The position numbers and the translations under genes are program-made. A DNA stretch of 64,000 bases from an uncultured delta proteobacterium. GTDB taxonomy: Bacteria; Desulfobacterota; Binatia; UBA9968. The first letter of the stretch is position 1; each line of letters begins with the position of its first letter. The stretch lies in contig CAVUZH010000004.1 in NCBI GenBank assembly GCA_963745835.1, positions 55,412-119,411 on the forward strand, given 5' to 3'. Positions 43,039-53,253 of the stretch are shown one piece after another. The notes under the pieces are model-generated. The model ran no database searches and had not been told where the DNA came from. It worked only from the letters and a program-made list of their open reading frames with translations.

Positions 43039-44524
43039 ATGAGCCGTCGCATCGTCATCGTCGGCGGCGGCATCGCCGGATTGGCGGCGGCGCACCGCTT
43101 GCTGGAATTACGAAACGCCCAAGCCTTAGACCTCGAGATCCTTCTGCTCGAGGCGTCGCATCGCCTCGGCGGCTGCATCGCGACAGAGCGAGTCGGCGAT
43201 TTTCTCATCGAGGCCGGACCGGATTCGTTTATCTCTGAAAAACCCTGGGCGCTGCTCCTCTGTGAACGGCTCGGCTTGGGACCGCGTCTGGTGTCGACCC
43301 AGGCTGCGTATCAAAAGATCTACATCGTTCATAAGGGCAAGCTCGTGCCCCTGCCGGAAGGTTTTTTCTTGCTGGCGCCGACCCAACTGGCTCCCTTCGT
43401 TCGAACACCGCTGTTCTCTTGGCGCGGAAAACTGCGCATGCTTGCTGAACCGCTGATGCCGCGAGGCGATGCCAACGTCGATGAAAGTCTCGGCGCCTTT
43501 GTCCGGCGCCGTTTTGGCAGCGAAGTCTTGGAGCGGGTCGCCCAGCCGCTGCTTGGCGGAATTTACGCCGCCGATCCGGACAAGCTCAGTCTCATCGCCA
43601 CCATGCCGCGCTTCAAAGAGATGGAAAAATCTCGACGCAGCATCATCTTGGCAATGTGGTCGGAACAGCGTCGTCGTGCGCGTAAGCGCGAAAGCGGCAG
43701 CGGCGCACGTTGGAGCCTATTCGTTACTCTTGCCGGCGGCATGCAGGAAATCGTCGATGCGATCGTCCAACGTTTGCCGCAAGGAAGTGCGCGCCTAGAT
43801 ACCGCCGTGACAAGTATATTTCCCGGCGACGGTAAACAGAAATGCCGGATCGCAATCGGCACCAGCGAAATTCTCGAAGCCGACGGCATCATTCTGGCCA
43901 CTCCCGCCTTTCACACCGCACAGATGCTGGCTTCGGCCGCTCCTGAAGCAGCCAAGGAGTTGTCGAGCATCGCTTACGCCTCCAGCGCGACCATAAGTCT
44001 GGCTTATCGTAATCGGGATTTTCCACGAATGCCGGACAGCTTCGGCTTCGTCGTGCCGGCGATTGAATCACGCAAGATCATCGCGTGCACTTTCAGCAGT
44101 TTGAAATATCCGGGCAGAGCCCCGGAAGGCCATGTGCTATTGCGCGCGTTCGTCGGCGGCAGCCTGCAGACCGGATCTTTTGGATGACAACGATCCGACC
44201 CTGGAACGAAACGTCCGAGCCGAGATCGGCAGCCTGCTCGGCGTCAACGCCGAACCGCTGTTGGTCCGTCTACAGCGACATCGCAACTCTATGCCGCAAT
44301 ATCACATCGGCCATCAGGCGAGGATTCAACGGATCGAATCAGCGCTCGACAGCCATGCAAATTTCGCGCTCGCCGGCAGCGCGTACCACGGCGTCGGGAT
44401 TGGCGACTGCGTCCGCAGCGGCGAACAGGCCGCGGAAAAGTTATTCCAACAGATAGTTACCACCGGCCGATCAAACTCGTTACCCCTGCGATGCGCTAAT
44501 CGGAAAAATGAACCAAACAGCTAA
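43039..44524 (+). CDS. hemY: Proto/coproporphyrinogen oxidase (HemY type), frameshifted at about 44170
   Basis: GGGIAGL, EAGPDSF, GIYA.DP..LS, RAFVGG; removing A44170 joins it to MPQYHIGH...AGSAYHGVGIGDCVRSG. Confidence 0.88.
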
Positions 44525-44715
44525 CCATGGGTTTCATCCGGTGAGGTTGCTATAGGACTGCGGCACGTTTCCCCCACCGCCAGGCTTTTCTGCATGACAC
44601 GGAAGAAGCGTCGTTGTTTCTATCGGCGGGAGAAAACTTTCTCCTTGACGCTCGCCAGCGGCCAGCCTATGAATTGCCTAACGGAGCTGTGTCCCTCTGA
44701 AACATAGAGCAGCAG

Positions 44716-45570
44716 ATGGCCATGATAATCATTGATGCTCAGGTCCATATTTGGGCGCCCGAAACACCAGAAAAGCCCTACGCCGTAAGCGAGGCATCCA
44801 AACCACATCGCCCTATACCGCTTGGCCACGAGGAATTGTTACGGGAGATGGACGGCGCTGGAGTGCAACGGTGCGTGCTCGTGCCGCCGACGTGGGAAGC
44901 GGATCGCAACGACACCTCGTTGGAGGCGGCGCGTTTACATCCTGACCGTTTTGCCGTCATGGGACGGCTTAAACTCAATGCGCCCGAAAGCCGCGCCCTA
45001 GTGGCGACATGGAAAGACCAGCCGCACATGCTCGGCATTAGGATGGTTTTCAATCGCGGACGCTCCAGAGAATGGCTGGACGACGGTACCGCAGATTGGT
45101 TTTGGGCTGCCGCGGAACGCTACGATATCCCGGTGATGGCCTTCGCGCCCGGCGCAGTGGCGAAACTCGGCGCCATCGCCGAAAGCCATCCGGGGTTGCG
45201 CCTGATCATCGATCATATGGGACTGAGCACGGCATTGCGCGGTAAGCCGTTGGATTCAGCCGTGGATGAAGTGATTGAGATGGCGCGGTTGCCTAATGTC
45301 GCGATAAAAGTTTCTGCGCTGCCCTGTTACGTTGACGAAGCCTACCCGTTTCCGACTCTTCACCCGCTGATTCGTCGCGTTGTCGACGCCTTCGGCCCTC
45401 AACGCTGTTTTTGGGGCACAGATCTATCTCATTTACCCTGCTCCTATCGAGAAGCAGTGACCCTGTTCACGGAAGAACTCGATTTTCTTTCGGCCACCGA
45501 CAAGGAATGGATCATGGGCCGCGGCATCGCCGACTGGGTCCACTGGCCGCTGGAAGGCGCTACAACGTGA
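44716..45570 (+). CDS. Amidohydrolase_2-family protein (lactonase-like)
   Basis: IIDAQVHIW, IIDHMG, KVSA, FG..R.FWGTD. Confidence 0.8.
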   Translation: MAMIIIDAQVHIWAPETPEKPYAVSEASKPHRPIPLGHEELLREMDGAGVQRCVLVPPTWEADRNDTSLEAARLHPDRFAVMGRLKLNAPESRALVATWKDQPHMLGIRMVFNRGRSREWLDDGTADWFWAAAERYDIPVMAFAPGAVAKLGAIAESHPGLRLIIDHMGLSTALRGKPLDSAVDEVIEMARLPNVAIKVSALPCYVDEAYPFPTLHPLIRRVVDAFGPQRCFWGTDLSHLPCSYREAVTLFTEELDFLSATDKEWIMGRGIADWVHWPLEGATT

Positions 45571-45597
45571 ATGCGCCTCTGCTACTCGCCGTACGGT

Positions 45598-46149
45598 TTA
45601 CTGTAATGGTTTGAGGAAGATTTGGGTGATGAAATAGCTGCCTTGCTCGCTTTGCGCGATACCGATGCCGGTTAGAGTAAAGTCACCAAGCATATTTTTG
45701 CGGTGTCCCGGGCTAGTTTGCCATCCCTCCACTACCGTTCGCGCCGGATTTTCATGACCGATACTGGCCGCGACGTTTTCCGCGCCCGCTCGGTAAGAAA
45801 GTTTCTCGCCGATTTCTTTAAGCCGATCATCAAAGCCTGCATGGCTTAGGGCGCTCCCCGTACGCGCCATTTCCAAACTGTGCTGTCTTGCTTGCGCGCT
45901 AATGATCGGATTGAGCCGCAGCGGTTGCAAACCCTGGGCGGCGTGGCGAAATTCGTTCACTTCTTGATGGATGCTCTCGACCAGCTCCCAGAAGTCGTGA
46001 TTCCCTGCTGCTATCTTCGTTCGTGGTGTCTCTGCGGCCGATCCGGATCTTGCGTAATTGCCGGTCGTGTCTGCGCTGATATTCGAAACCAGCGAGAGAA
46101 CAGCATAGACGATTGCAAGAGTAACAAATGATCGGTTACATCGAGGCAC
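45598..46149 (-). CDS. Secreted CAP/SCP-domain protein
   Basis: Signal peptide; VNEFR...GL.PL, ARQHS.EMA, ENVA, W..SPGHRKNML, GIG, Y.TQ.F. Confidence 0.88.
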   Translation of the reverse strand: MPRCNRSFVTLAIVYAVLSLVSNISADTTGNYARSGSAAETPRTKIAAGNHDFWELVESIHQEVNEFRHAAQGLQPLRLNPIISAQARQHSLEMARTGSALSHAGFDDRLKEIGEKLSYRAGAENVAASIGHENPARTVVEGWQTSPGHRKNMLGDFTLTGIGIAQSEQGSYFITQIFLKPLQ

Positions 46150-46234
46150 GAGTTAAAATGCATGCGGGTTGCGGATCGGGAACAACGTCAATTATGTCAT
46201 TCCCGATCCGGATGCGTGAGAACCTAAATGTTAC

Positions 46235-46741
46235 TTACTTAGCCTCGGGCTTGGCACCCTGTTGCCGCTGCTGCGGCTTGGAACCCTCGTCGCCCTTCAA
46301 GGTCACACCGAGCTTATCGGCGGTTTTCTTGTCCAGCACTCCGGTGGCCGGTAAGTTATTTTCTTTCTGAAACTCACGGAGCGCTTCTTGGGTCTTGGCG
46401 TGCATACGGCCGCTGACCGCCCCCGGGTCTTTGCCCTTCGCCTTTAATGCTTCCTGTGCCTTCTTAATGTCGTCAGAGGAGATCACCATCTCTCGCTGGC
46501 TGCCAGCATCAGGCGCCTCCATCCGTTCCGGTATAGTTCCACGCTGTCCAGGCAGCGGTTCCGTTGGTGGAAGCCCTGGCGCCGGTTGTCCCGGTATGGT
46601 CGGTTGTGTTTGCTGCGGGATTTCGGGTACCGGTTTTGGGACGGTGGGTCCAGGAATAGTTTGGGCGAACAGAGCATTCGCGCCTATGCCCATATTACCA
46701 GCTAAAAAAGCCGCTGTCAGAATATGGTTTTTGCGTTTCAT
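46235..46741 (-). CDS. Secreted Pro-rich peptidoglycan-binding-domain protein
   Basis: AGGAGG SD, signal peptide, Pro/Gln-rich linker, AQEALK.KG.DPG.V.G....TQEALREFQ..NNLP.TG.LD. Confidence 0.82.
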   Translation of the reverse strand: MKRKNHILTAAFLAGNMGIGANALFAQTIPGPTVPKPVPEIPQQTQPTIPGQPAPGLPPTEPLPGQRGTIPERMEAPDAGSQREMVISSDDIKKAQEALKAKGKDPGAVSGRMHAKTQEALREFQKENNLPATGVLDKKTADKLGVTLKGDEGSKPQQRQQGAKPEAK

Positions 46742-46780
46742 GGAGAGCCTCCTTTTACGATCTTGCTCTGTAAGGGGCCC

Positions 46781-46795
46781 GCAAGCCGCATGCCA
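46781..46795 (-). promoter_or_regulatory. Sigma-54 -24/-12 promoter
   Basis: TGGCATGCGGCTTGC, 40 nt upstream of ATG 46741. Confidence 0.72.
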
Positions 46796-46972
46796 CGGAA
46801 AGAGCGCCGCCAAACTAATGGAAGAGTCAGAAAAGGTATCTAGAAGGAAGAATCTCATAGTTCGGTGTATCGTATTTGAGAAGACGACTTTGTCTCCGTC
46901 CGAATAGAGCGACTTTCTGATCACGTGCCGGACCGCGGTATGTTTCTACTGATACACATTCCATCGAGGTCT

Positions 46973-49513
46973 TCAGCGCCACTCGTGCTTTGGATACCTG
47001 CGCCGCAACTCGTGTTTAAGTTTCGGATAGGTTTCATTCCAGAAAGTCGACAGGTTCTCAGTGACCTGCACCGGACGATTGCTTGGCGCGAGCACCTCGA
47101 TCCGCATGACAACACGCCCGCTGGCAATCCAGAGCGCGTTTTTAATGCCATACAGATCCTGAATGCGCGCGGCAATCGTCGGCGGCCCGTCGGCGGAGTA
47201 GATCACTTTTACCGTCCGGCCTCCGGGTAACTGAATGCGCTCTGGTGCATACTCCTCGACCCACTTCTGTTGCGCGCGTGACAGCCATGATTTGACCAGC
47301 GGCAAAACAGGTCGGCCTTTTATTTCGTTGTAGCTAAGCGCGCTGTGGCAGATGTGCTCAAAGATGGAGAGGCGGTCCATCTCTCTAATCGCCGGCAATT
47401 CGAGTTCCGGCATCCATTCCCGTAATCGGTTGACGCGCAGGATCCACTGTTCAACCGATTCGTTCCAGTTCTCGAGCTGACAGCGGCCGGCGGCAACTTC
47501 CCGCGCTAGAATCGCGGCCGCCTCATCACTGGGCGGTTTATCGGAGAGCTTCTCTCGTAAAACCAAATCACGGAATCGGACTTCGTCGCGCGCGATGACG
47601 CGCCGCTGCGCCGGATCGTAGAAGACATTGCGGCTTTCGCTGAACTCGTCGGGAAACAGTTCGCGCAACCACTCCTCCCTGATCGCCGTGGCCAGACTCA
47701 GCACGACATTCAACGTTCGATCCTTAGTGGCGCCGCTTTCCACCTCGCGCGCTTCCGACACGACAAAAAGTGGAGCTATGACAGCACTGTCGCGGGCCAA
47801 AACACCACGCCGGCCGTGGGTCAATTGGCAGCGTAGCGAGCCTGGACTGAGACGCTTGGCGAGGTGGTCAGAAAACCCAAGAAGCACGCAACGCTGCACG
47901 GCCTCGTGCGTCACTGGCTTCTGGCGGATATCGAAACCTTCGGCCGACGCAATGCTCAAGAACTGCTCGAAACGCAGTCCGATCTGACGCGCCGCTTGTG
48001 CGTCGATGCCGCTGCCGCGGCAAAGCTCGTCGTCATAGTCGTTGCGCTGGGCGTACCTCCAGGCGCGCATCAGCGCCAGGAAGTCCGACTCGGTCTCATC
48101 ACCGAACAGATCGCCGCGCCGGTCGTCTACCTGTTTGGCCTGGCGGCGCATGAGTAGGTCACGCCCTTGTGTTAAGGCGGCGATCAATGCCACCGGCCGC
48201 ACACAATCGTATTCGTGCGCGCCCAGCAGCATGCGGGCATAACGTGGGTGAACCGGAAAAGCGATCATGCGCTGTCCGAGCGCAGTGATAACACCGGCGA
48301 TGTCATCGATCGCTCCCAAATCAACGAGCAACGTCTCGGCCCGTTTAAGCGCGCGCGGGTCGGGAATTTCCAACCACTGAAATGTCGTCAAGTCGTTTAC
48401 CCCGCTGGCTTTGAGAGTGAGGATCACCTCGGACAGATCCAAACGTCTTACCTCCGGGAGTTCCTGGCCCGGGCGCGCATTCTGTTCATGCGCAGTCCAG
48501 AGACGCAAACAGTGGCCAGGCGCAGTGCGTCCCGCGCGGCCCGCCCGCTGGTCGGCTGCGGCGCGGCTGATTTTTTCGATCAGCAACGTGTTGATGCCGC
48601 GATACGGATCATAGCGCAGAACTCGAGCCAAACCGCTGTCGATCACCAGGCGCACACCGTCGATGGTAAGCGACGTTTCCGCAACATTAGTGGCGACGAT
48701 GATTTTACGCCGGCCGTAGCGCGCTATCGCGGCGTCCTGCTCGGCCGGCGGCAATTCACCGTGCAGCGGGAATATCAGAAATTGCGGCCCCAAAGCATCG
48801 CGCGCGGCTCGCACAGTACGCATGATCTCATAGGCGCCCGGCATAAAAACGAGCGCATCTCCTTCGGGATGAGCTCGTAACAGGCCCTGGAGCTCTCTCA
48901 CCGCGAGTTCCCAGACGGGTATTTCGTGCGCAGGTTTTGCCAGATAATCGATGGTCACCGGGTAAGTGCGGCCTTCGGACGACAACAATGCGCAAGGATG
49001 GAGATAGTTCTGCACCGCGGCTACATCCAACGTCGCCGACATCACCACGATGATGAGATCCGGTCGGGTCGTTGCCTGAATCTGCAGAGCGCGCGCCAGG
49101 GTGATGTCGCCGAAGAGGTGGCGTTCGTGAAATTCATCGAACGCGATGGCGCTGACGCCTCTTAAATCGGGATCAGTTAACATCCGGCGCAGCAGGACGC
49201 CCTCGGTGAGGTAACAAATACGGGTGGCGGCAGAGGTCACGTTATCCAGGCGCATCTGGTAGCCCACTTCGTCGCCGAGTTTAACGCCGCGACTTCGAGC
49301 GACCCAGGCGGCAAGCATACGCGTGGGCAACCGGCGCGGCTGCAACACCGTTACTTGGCCGTCCCGCAACAAGCCACTGTCGAGCAGCATCTGCGGCACT
49401 TGGGTTGACTTGCCTGATCCGGTCGGCGCGGTAAGAACCAAGCGCCTCTCTATCTTCAGGGATTCGAGCAATTGCTGCTCGATTTCAAAAATCGGTAAAT
49501 CCGGCTTAGGCAT
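46973..49513 (-). CDS. hrpB: ATP-dependent helicase HrpB
   Basis: LPI start, APTGSGKST, DEFHER, MSAT, TNVAETSLTIDG, QRAGRAGR, C-terminal RYPKHEWR; start moved to ATG 49513. Confidence 0.92.
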   Translation of the reverse strand: MPKPDLPIFEIEQQLLESLKIERRLVLTAPTGSGKSTQVPQMLLDSGLLRDGQVTVLQPRRLPTRMLAAWVARSRGVKLGDEVGYQMRLDNVTSAATRICYLTEGVLLRRMLTDPDLRGVSAIAFDEFHERHLFGDITLARALQIQATTRPDLIIVVMSATLDVAAVQNYLHPCALLSSEGRTYPVTIDYLAKPAHEIPVWELAVRELQGLLRAHPEGDALVFMPGAYEIMRTVRAARDALGPQFLIFPLHGELPPAEQDAAIARYGRRKIIVATNVAETSLTIDGVRLVIDSGLARVLRYDPYRGINTLLIEKISRAAADQRAGRAGRTAPGHCLRLWTAHEQNARPGQELPEVRRLDLSEVILTLKASGVNDLTTFQWLEIPDPRALKRAETLLVDLGAIDDIAGVITALGQRMIAFPVHPRYARMLLGAHEYDCVRPVALIAALTQGRDLLMRRQAKQVDDRRGDLFGDETESDFLALMRAWRYAQRNDYDDELCRGSGIDAQAARQIGLRFEQFLSIASAEGFDIRQKPVTHEAVQRCVLLGFSDHLAKRLSPGSLRCQLTHGRRGVLARDSAVIAPLFVVSEAREVESGATKDRTLNVVLSLATAIREEWLRELFPDEFSESRNVFYDPAQRRVIARDEVRFRDLVLREKLSDKPPSDEAAAILAREVAAGRCQLENWNESVEQWILRVNRLREWMPELELPAIREMDRLSIFEHICHSALSYNEIKGRPVLPLVKSWLSRAQQKWVEEYAPERIQLPGGRTVKVIYSADGPPTIAARIQDLYGIKNALWIASGRVVMRIEVLAPSNRPVQVTENLSTFWNETYPKLKHELRRRYPKHEWR

Positions 49514-49599
49514 CGATGAAGAATACGGAGAGTTCCAATCGGCTGTTTTGGAAAGCGAAGGACGTGTGCGCTGTTTTAGGGAAAATTCCTGTGATGCCG

Positions 49600-51060
49600 C
49601 TAGACAGTGCTCTCGTCGTAGGTCGCCAGACAACGATCGACCAATGCCTCCACAGCCGCCCAATCGAAGGTGCGAAACTCGCGTCCCTGAATAGCCGTGG
49701 GCTCGCCGGCGTAAAACATCTCATACTGCAAATGACGCGAGCCAAACTCCGAACCTACGGCGTCCCACAACAGCTTCAGCAGCTTCACCCGGTCGCGGCC
49801 GGCGGCTTTCGGCCAGCGCACGTAGCGGTCGATATCCACCGCCGAGGCCGATGCACGCAACTCAGCCACGCTTGCCGGCAACTGGATCAGGCTGCCGCCC
49901 ATCAGCCCGCGAATTTGATTGAGCAACGCCGGATACATCGCCTGCTGTAACACCTGGCTGGCATAAAGCAGGGAATCTTTCGGGCGCATGACACCAAACT
50001 GGTCCGGCTCCGCGGCCGCTTCGGCGCCAAGAATCATTCCTTCGATGAGTGAGACACGGCTAGCGAGGTCGCCGAGTTGCGCGATTATCTCGATGTTGGC
50101 CGAACGGCCGCTCAGATCCATGCAGCGTTTGACCAGCCCCACCAGGAACTGCAGCTTTGCCCACGAGCGGATGTGTGACTGCGTGTTTCCCAGCACGTGC
50201 GCCGCGGTAACGCTGAACTGACCCGCTGTAAGCTCGATGTTCTTGTAGATGAACACGTCCTCCCACGGCACCAGAACATCATCGAAGACGACCAGCGAAT
50301 CGGTTTCGTCGAAACGGCTCGAGAGCGGGTAGTCGAATACGCTGTTCGCTCCCAGCGCATACGGCCGGCGCGGGTAGAGCTTCAGACCGGACGCGCCATT
50401 CGGAACCACGCAGGAAATCGCGTAGTCTTCGTCGCCGGGCTTGAGCGGCAGGATCACCGTGAGCAGCACATAATCGGACATCACCGAGCCCGTGCCGAGC
50501 ATCTGCGCACCGCGAATGACGATGCCGGTGTCGCGCTCGGCAGCGGCGCCTGCGTAGAGGTACGGCTCGTGCTGCTGGTGCGCCGCTTTGGCGCGATCGA
50601 CGGTGGGATGGACGATGACGTAGCTGACGTAGAGGTCCTCATCGGCGGCCTTTGCCGCGAAACGCGAGAGATTGTCGGCGAATTGTTGGCCGCCCCGGGC
50701 GTAGAACTCAGGCGAGCCCGCAAACCCCGCGAAAAACGATGCGACATGATCGGGCGAGCGCCCCAGCAAGCCATAGCTTGCATCGGCCCAGAATTTAATC
50801 GCGCGCCGCCGCGCCACCAGGTCGTCACGGCTGCGCGGCACCAGCCAGGACTTGTTGACAGGACGGCCGTCGCGCGGAGACGGATAGCTCATCAGCTCGC
50901 GATTAGCGGGATCGGCAGCGAGATCGTAAAGGCTGGCGATGCTCCGGACCCCGGCGGCAAAGGCTGGATGGGTCGTCACGTCGGGCACTCGTTCGCCGTT
51001 CAACAGCACCGTGCGTCCGTCACGCAAGCCGCGCACATACTCCTCACCATGGCGAGTCAC
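49600..51060 (-). CDS. 4-hydroxyphenylacetate 3-hydroxylase-family flavin monooxygenase, oxygenase component
   Basis: GEEY..GLRDGR.V..NGE.V.DVT.HPAF, GRSPDH, DYPLSSRFDETDS, GSEFGSRH.QYE.FYAG; GTG start at 51060 after GGGAG. Confidence 0.87.
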   Translation of the reverse strand: MTRHGEEYVRGLRDGRTVLLNGERVPDVTTHPAFAAGVRSIASLYDLAADPANRELMSYPSPRDGRPVNKSWLVPRSRDDLVARRRAIKFWADASYGLLGRSPDHVASFFAGFAGSPEFYARGGQQFADNLSRFAAKAADEDLYVSYVIVHPTVDRAKAAHQQHEPYLYAGAAAERDTGIVIRGAQMLGTGSVMSDYVLLTVILPLKPGDEDYAISCVVPNGASGLKLYPRRPYALGANSVFDYPLSSRFDETDSLVVFDDVLVPWEDVFIYKNIELTAGQFSVTAAHVLGNTQSHIRSWAKLQFLVGLVKRCMDLSGRSANIEIIAQLGDLASRVSLIEGMILGAEAAAEPDQFGVMRPKDSLLYASQVLQQAMYPALLNQIRGLMGGSLIQLPASVAELRASASAVDIDRYVRWPKAAGRDRVKLLKLLWDAVGSEFGSRHLQYEMFYAGEPTAIQGREFRTFDWAAVEALVDRCLATYDESTV

Positions 51061-51282
51061 GTATGGCTCCCTTGCCCGCGCTTGGTTGCTAACTCGCACG
51101 TTTTTCTGAAACCGTCAGTGTTCATCAACTTCCTGGCCATAATCAGATCATCCTATAGTTGCTGGCGCCGGGCTACTGGAACCTCGGAGCACTGCGGAAA
51201 TAAAGTTTGCTCATGCTCACTGCGGACATCGCTTGGCGAAAATGGCGAGCGAATGATGAGTATCAGTCTTTTCAGCAGGCTT

Positions 51283-51783
51283 CTAGGATTGCTCCCTGTG
51301 AGGTCTCTGGTCGCGAGAGCGGCGGGACAAATCTCGGCCCATGCGAAGCGCTGCCTCAATCCCTTGATAGTAGCCGGGAAGCTGAAGCAGTGTGCGGTAA
51401 CCCATTCGACTATAAAAGATTTGCGCTTCTTCATTCTCCGCGCGCACTTCGAGATCAACGTTGAATATGCCCGCTACGATGGCGCATTCTTCCAGCCACT
51501 CCATCATTTGGCGCCCGATGCCGCTTCTCCTATAGGGCGGAGCCACAGCGAGAAGATCCAAGTGTGCGTCGTCATCGCCATAGCGCATGATGGCAAAGCC
51601 GGCAATCTCTTCGTGCATAGATGCAACCAGTACGTTGACGTTGGCAGCGCGAATACTAGCTGCGACCCGCACAGGCGTCCAGCGCCAGTTGAGGCCGTAT
51701 TCGATCAAATCGCGGGAGAGATTGGCAATGCTGTCGGCGTCTGCCAAGCGCGCTAATCGCAAGGATAGCTCAGAGTGTATCAT
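51283..51783 (-). CDS. GNAT acetyltransferase (RimI-like)
   Basis: LAVAP.YRRSGIG, LEVRAEN..A..FY...GY, YY....A..M. Confidence 0.82.
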   Translation of the reverse strand: MIHSELSLRLARLADADSIANLSRDLIEYGLNWRWTPVRVAASIRAANVNVLVASMHEEIAGFAIMRYGDDDAHLDLLAVAPPYRRSGIGRQMMEWLEECAIVAGIFNVDLEVRAENEEAQIFYSRMGYRTLLQLPGYYQGIEAALRMGRDLSRRSRDQRPHREQS

Positions 51784-52115
51784 GGGTGCGCGACCTAACG
51801 AACCGGATTTTCCCGCAAAGCCGGCGAGCAATCAAGTTCCAGCTCGATGATCTCGGCATGCTCACTATGATCGACATGTCAATTGTAAAACACAGACGAG
51901 TCGTGTCATCTTCGATGAACCAATCGTCTGGTCGGAAATCGATAAAGCAAGTGCCGTCTTAGGCGAGAGCGAAATTGGCAACATTCCTTACGCGCGCGTT
52001 TATAACGAGCTTAGTAAGCGAGGCGGGTTCCGGCTCTTGTTGTCCGGAACTTCTGTCATTGTAATTATCCGCGATAATTTACTACACCAGTTCATCGGGC
52101 ATGGCACTATTTGCG

Positions 52116-52178
52116 TGTGACATAAATCACTCCGTGCCGCTAACTTTGATTGACAGGCTCACGAGCTCATAGTACGTA
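52116..52178 (+). promoter_or_regulatory. CRP/FNR-family site plus sigma-70 promoter
   Basis: TGTGA-N6-TCACT at 52116-52131; TTGACA at 52150-52155; weak -10 TACGTA 17 nt later. Confidence 0.55.
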
Positions 52179-52243
52179 ACTGCCATCTGTATGAGAACGC
52201 CTGGTGGATTTTGAATCGAGAACTTACTCTCAAGGATGCAACG

Positions 52244-53239
52244 ATGACCAAGATGACATCGACATTCAGGTATGGTGCCTGGTTCTTTGTGCTCGTGTCG
52301 ATAACCGCAGTGAGTCGCGCTGAAGCGCAGCAAACTCCAAAACTGACGCAGATCAACTACGGGACCATCACCATATCTGCATTGCATTGGCCCTATCTGA
52401 TTGCAGAGCAGGAGGGCATGCTTCAAAAAGAAGGCTTGGAGATCAAGCGCGTTCTCGGCGGCACCACGACCGCTACCTCCCAGGCGCTGGTCGCGGGCTC
52501 CACGGATTTCGCGCAGATGAATTTGGTGCAGCTGCTCTCCGCTAATTCGGCAGGAGCCGATCTCGTCGCGGTAGCCGGTGATACCCTGGTGCCCATTTAT
52601 GCGCTGGTGGTTCATCCCTCGATCAAGAGCTATGCCGATTTAAAAGGAAAGCGATTAGCAGTCGCAGGCCCCACCGATCCTCTGAACTACATTATGGCGC
52701 GGATGCTCGCAGCCAACGGTCTCACGCCTGCCGACTATGAAATGCTCGGGCTGGGTGGAACTCCAACTCGTCTGGCGGCGGTGGAAAAAGGCGGCGTCGC
52801 CGGGGCGTTGGTCAATCAGCCCTCGGATTTCAAAGCGATCGCCTCGGGAATGCGTTTGCTCGGCTACTCGTCGGATTACGTCGACAACTTTCAATACACG
52901 GTAACCGGCATGCGCCGCGACTGGGCTCAAGCAAACAGGCCTTTGACTGTGCGCTTTCTTCGTGCTTTCGCGCGTGCCTGCGAGTTCTTCTATGAGCCCA
53001 AAAACAAGGAGGCCGTGCTGCGGGCGTTGATTGACAAGGCGAAAGCCGACCGTGATGATGCCGAAAAAACCTATAATCTTTTCGTTAAAACCAAAAAATC
53101 GATTCCGCAGGATGGCGCCGTGGATATCAAAGGCGCGCGCATCGTCGCCGAAAGCTGGAAGGAATTCGGGTTGCAAAAGCCACCTCCGCCGGTCGATGGC
53201 GTAATCGATATGAGCTATCTGCAGGAAGCAAGGAAGTAG
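52244..53239 (+). CDS. NMT1/SsuA-family substrate-binding protein
   Basis: Signal peptide ending AEA; IAEQEG.LQKEGLE, DLKGKRLAV. Confidence 0.83.
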   Translation: MTKMTSTFRYGAWFFVLVSITAVSRAEAQQTPKLTQINYGTITISALHWPYLIAEQEGMLQKEGLEIKRVLGGTTTATSQALVAGSTDFAQMNLVQLLSANSAGADLVAVAGDTLVPIYALVVHPSIKSYADLKGKRLAVAGPTDPLNYIMARMLAANGLTPADYEMLGLGGTPTRLAAVEKGGVAGALVNQPSDFKAIASGMRLLGYSSDYVDNFQYTVTGMRRDWAQANRPLTVRFLRAFARACEFFYEPKNKEAVLRALIDKAKADRDDAEKTYNLFVKTKKSIPQDGAVDIKGARIVAESWKEFGLQKPPPPVDGVIDMSYLQEARK

Positions 53240-53253
53240 GATCCCGTTCAACA

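Noticed and set aside
50197-51756. 519-aa plus-strand ORF
   Set aside because: Antisense shadow of the HpaB-like and GNAT genes with no motifs. The same applies to 26340-27266, 35275-35979, 41443-42174, 53782-54576, 56843-57622 and 59252-59977.
52102-52114. Sigma-54 promoter TGGCACTATTTGC
   Set aside because: The GG-to-GC spacing is 8 nt rather than the required 10.
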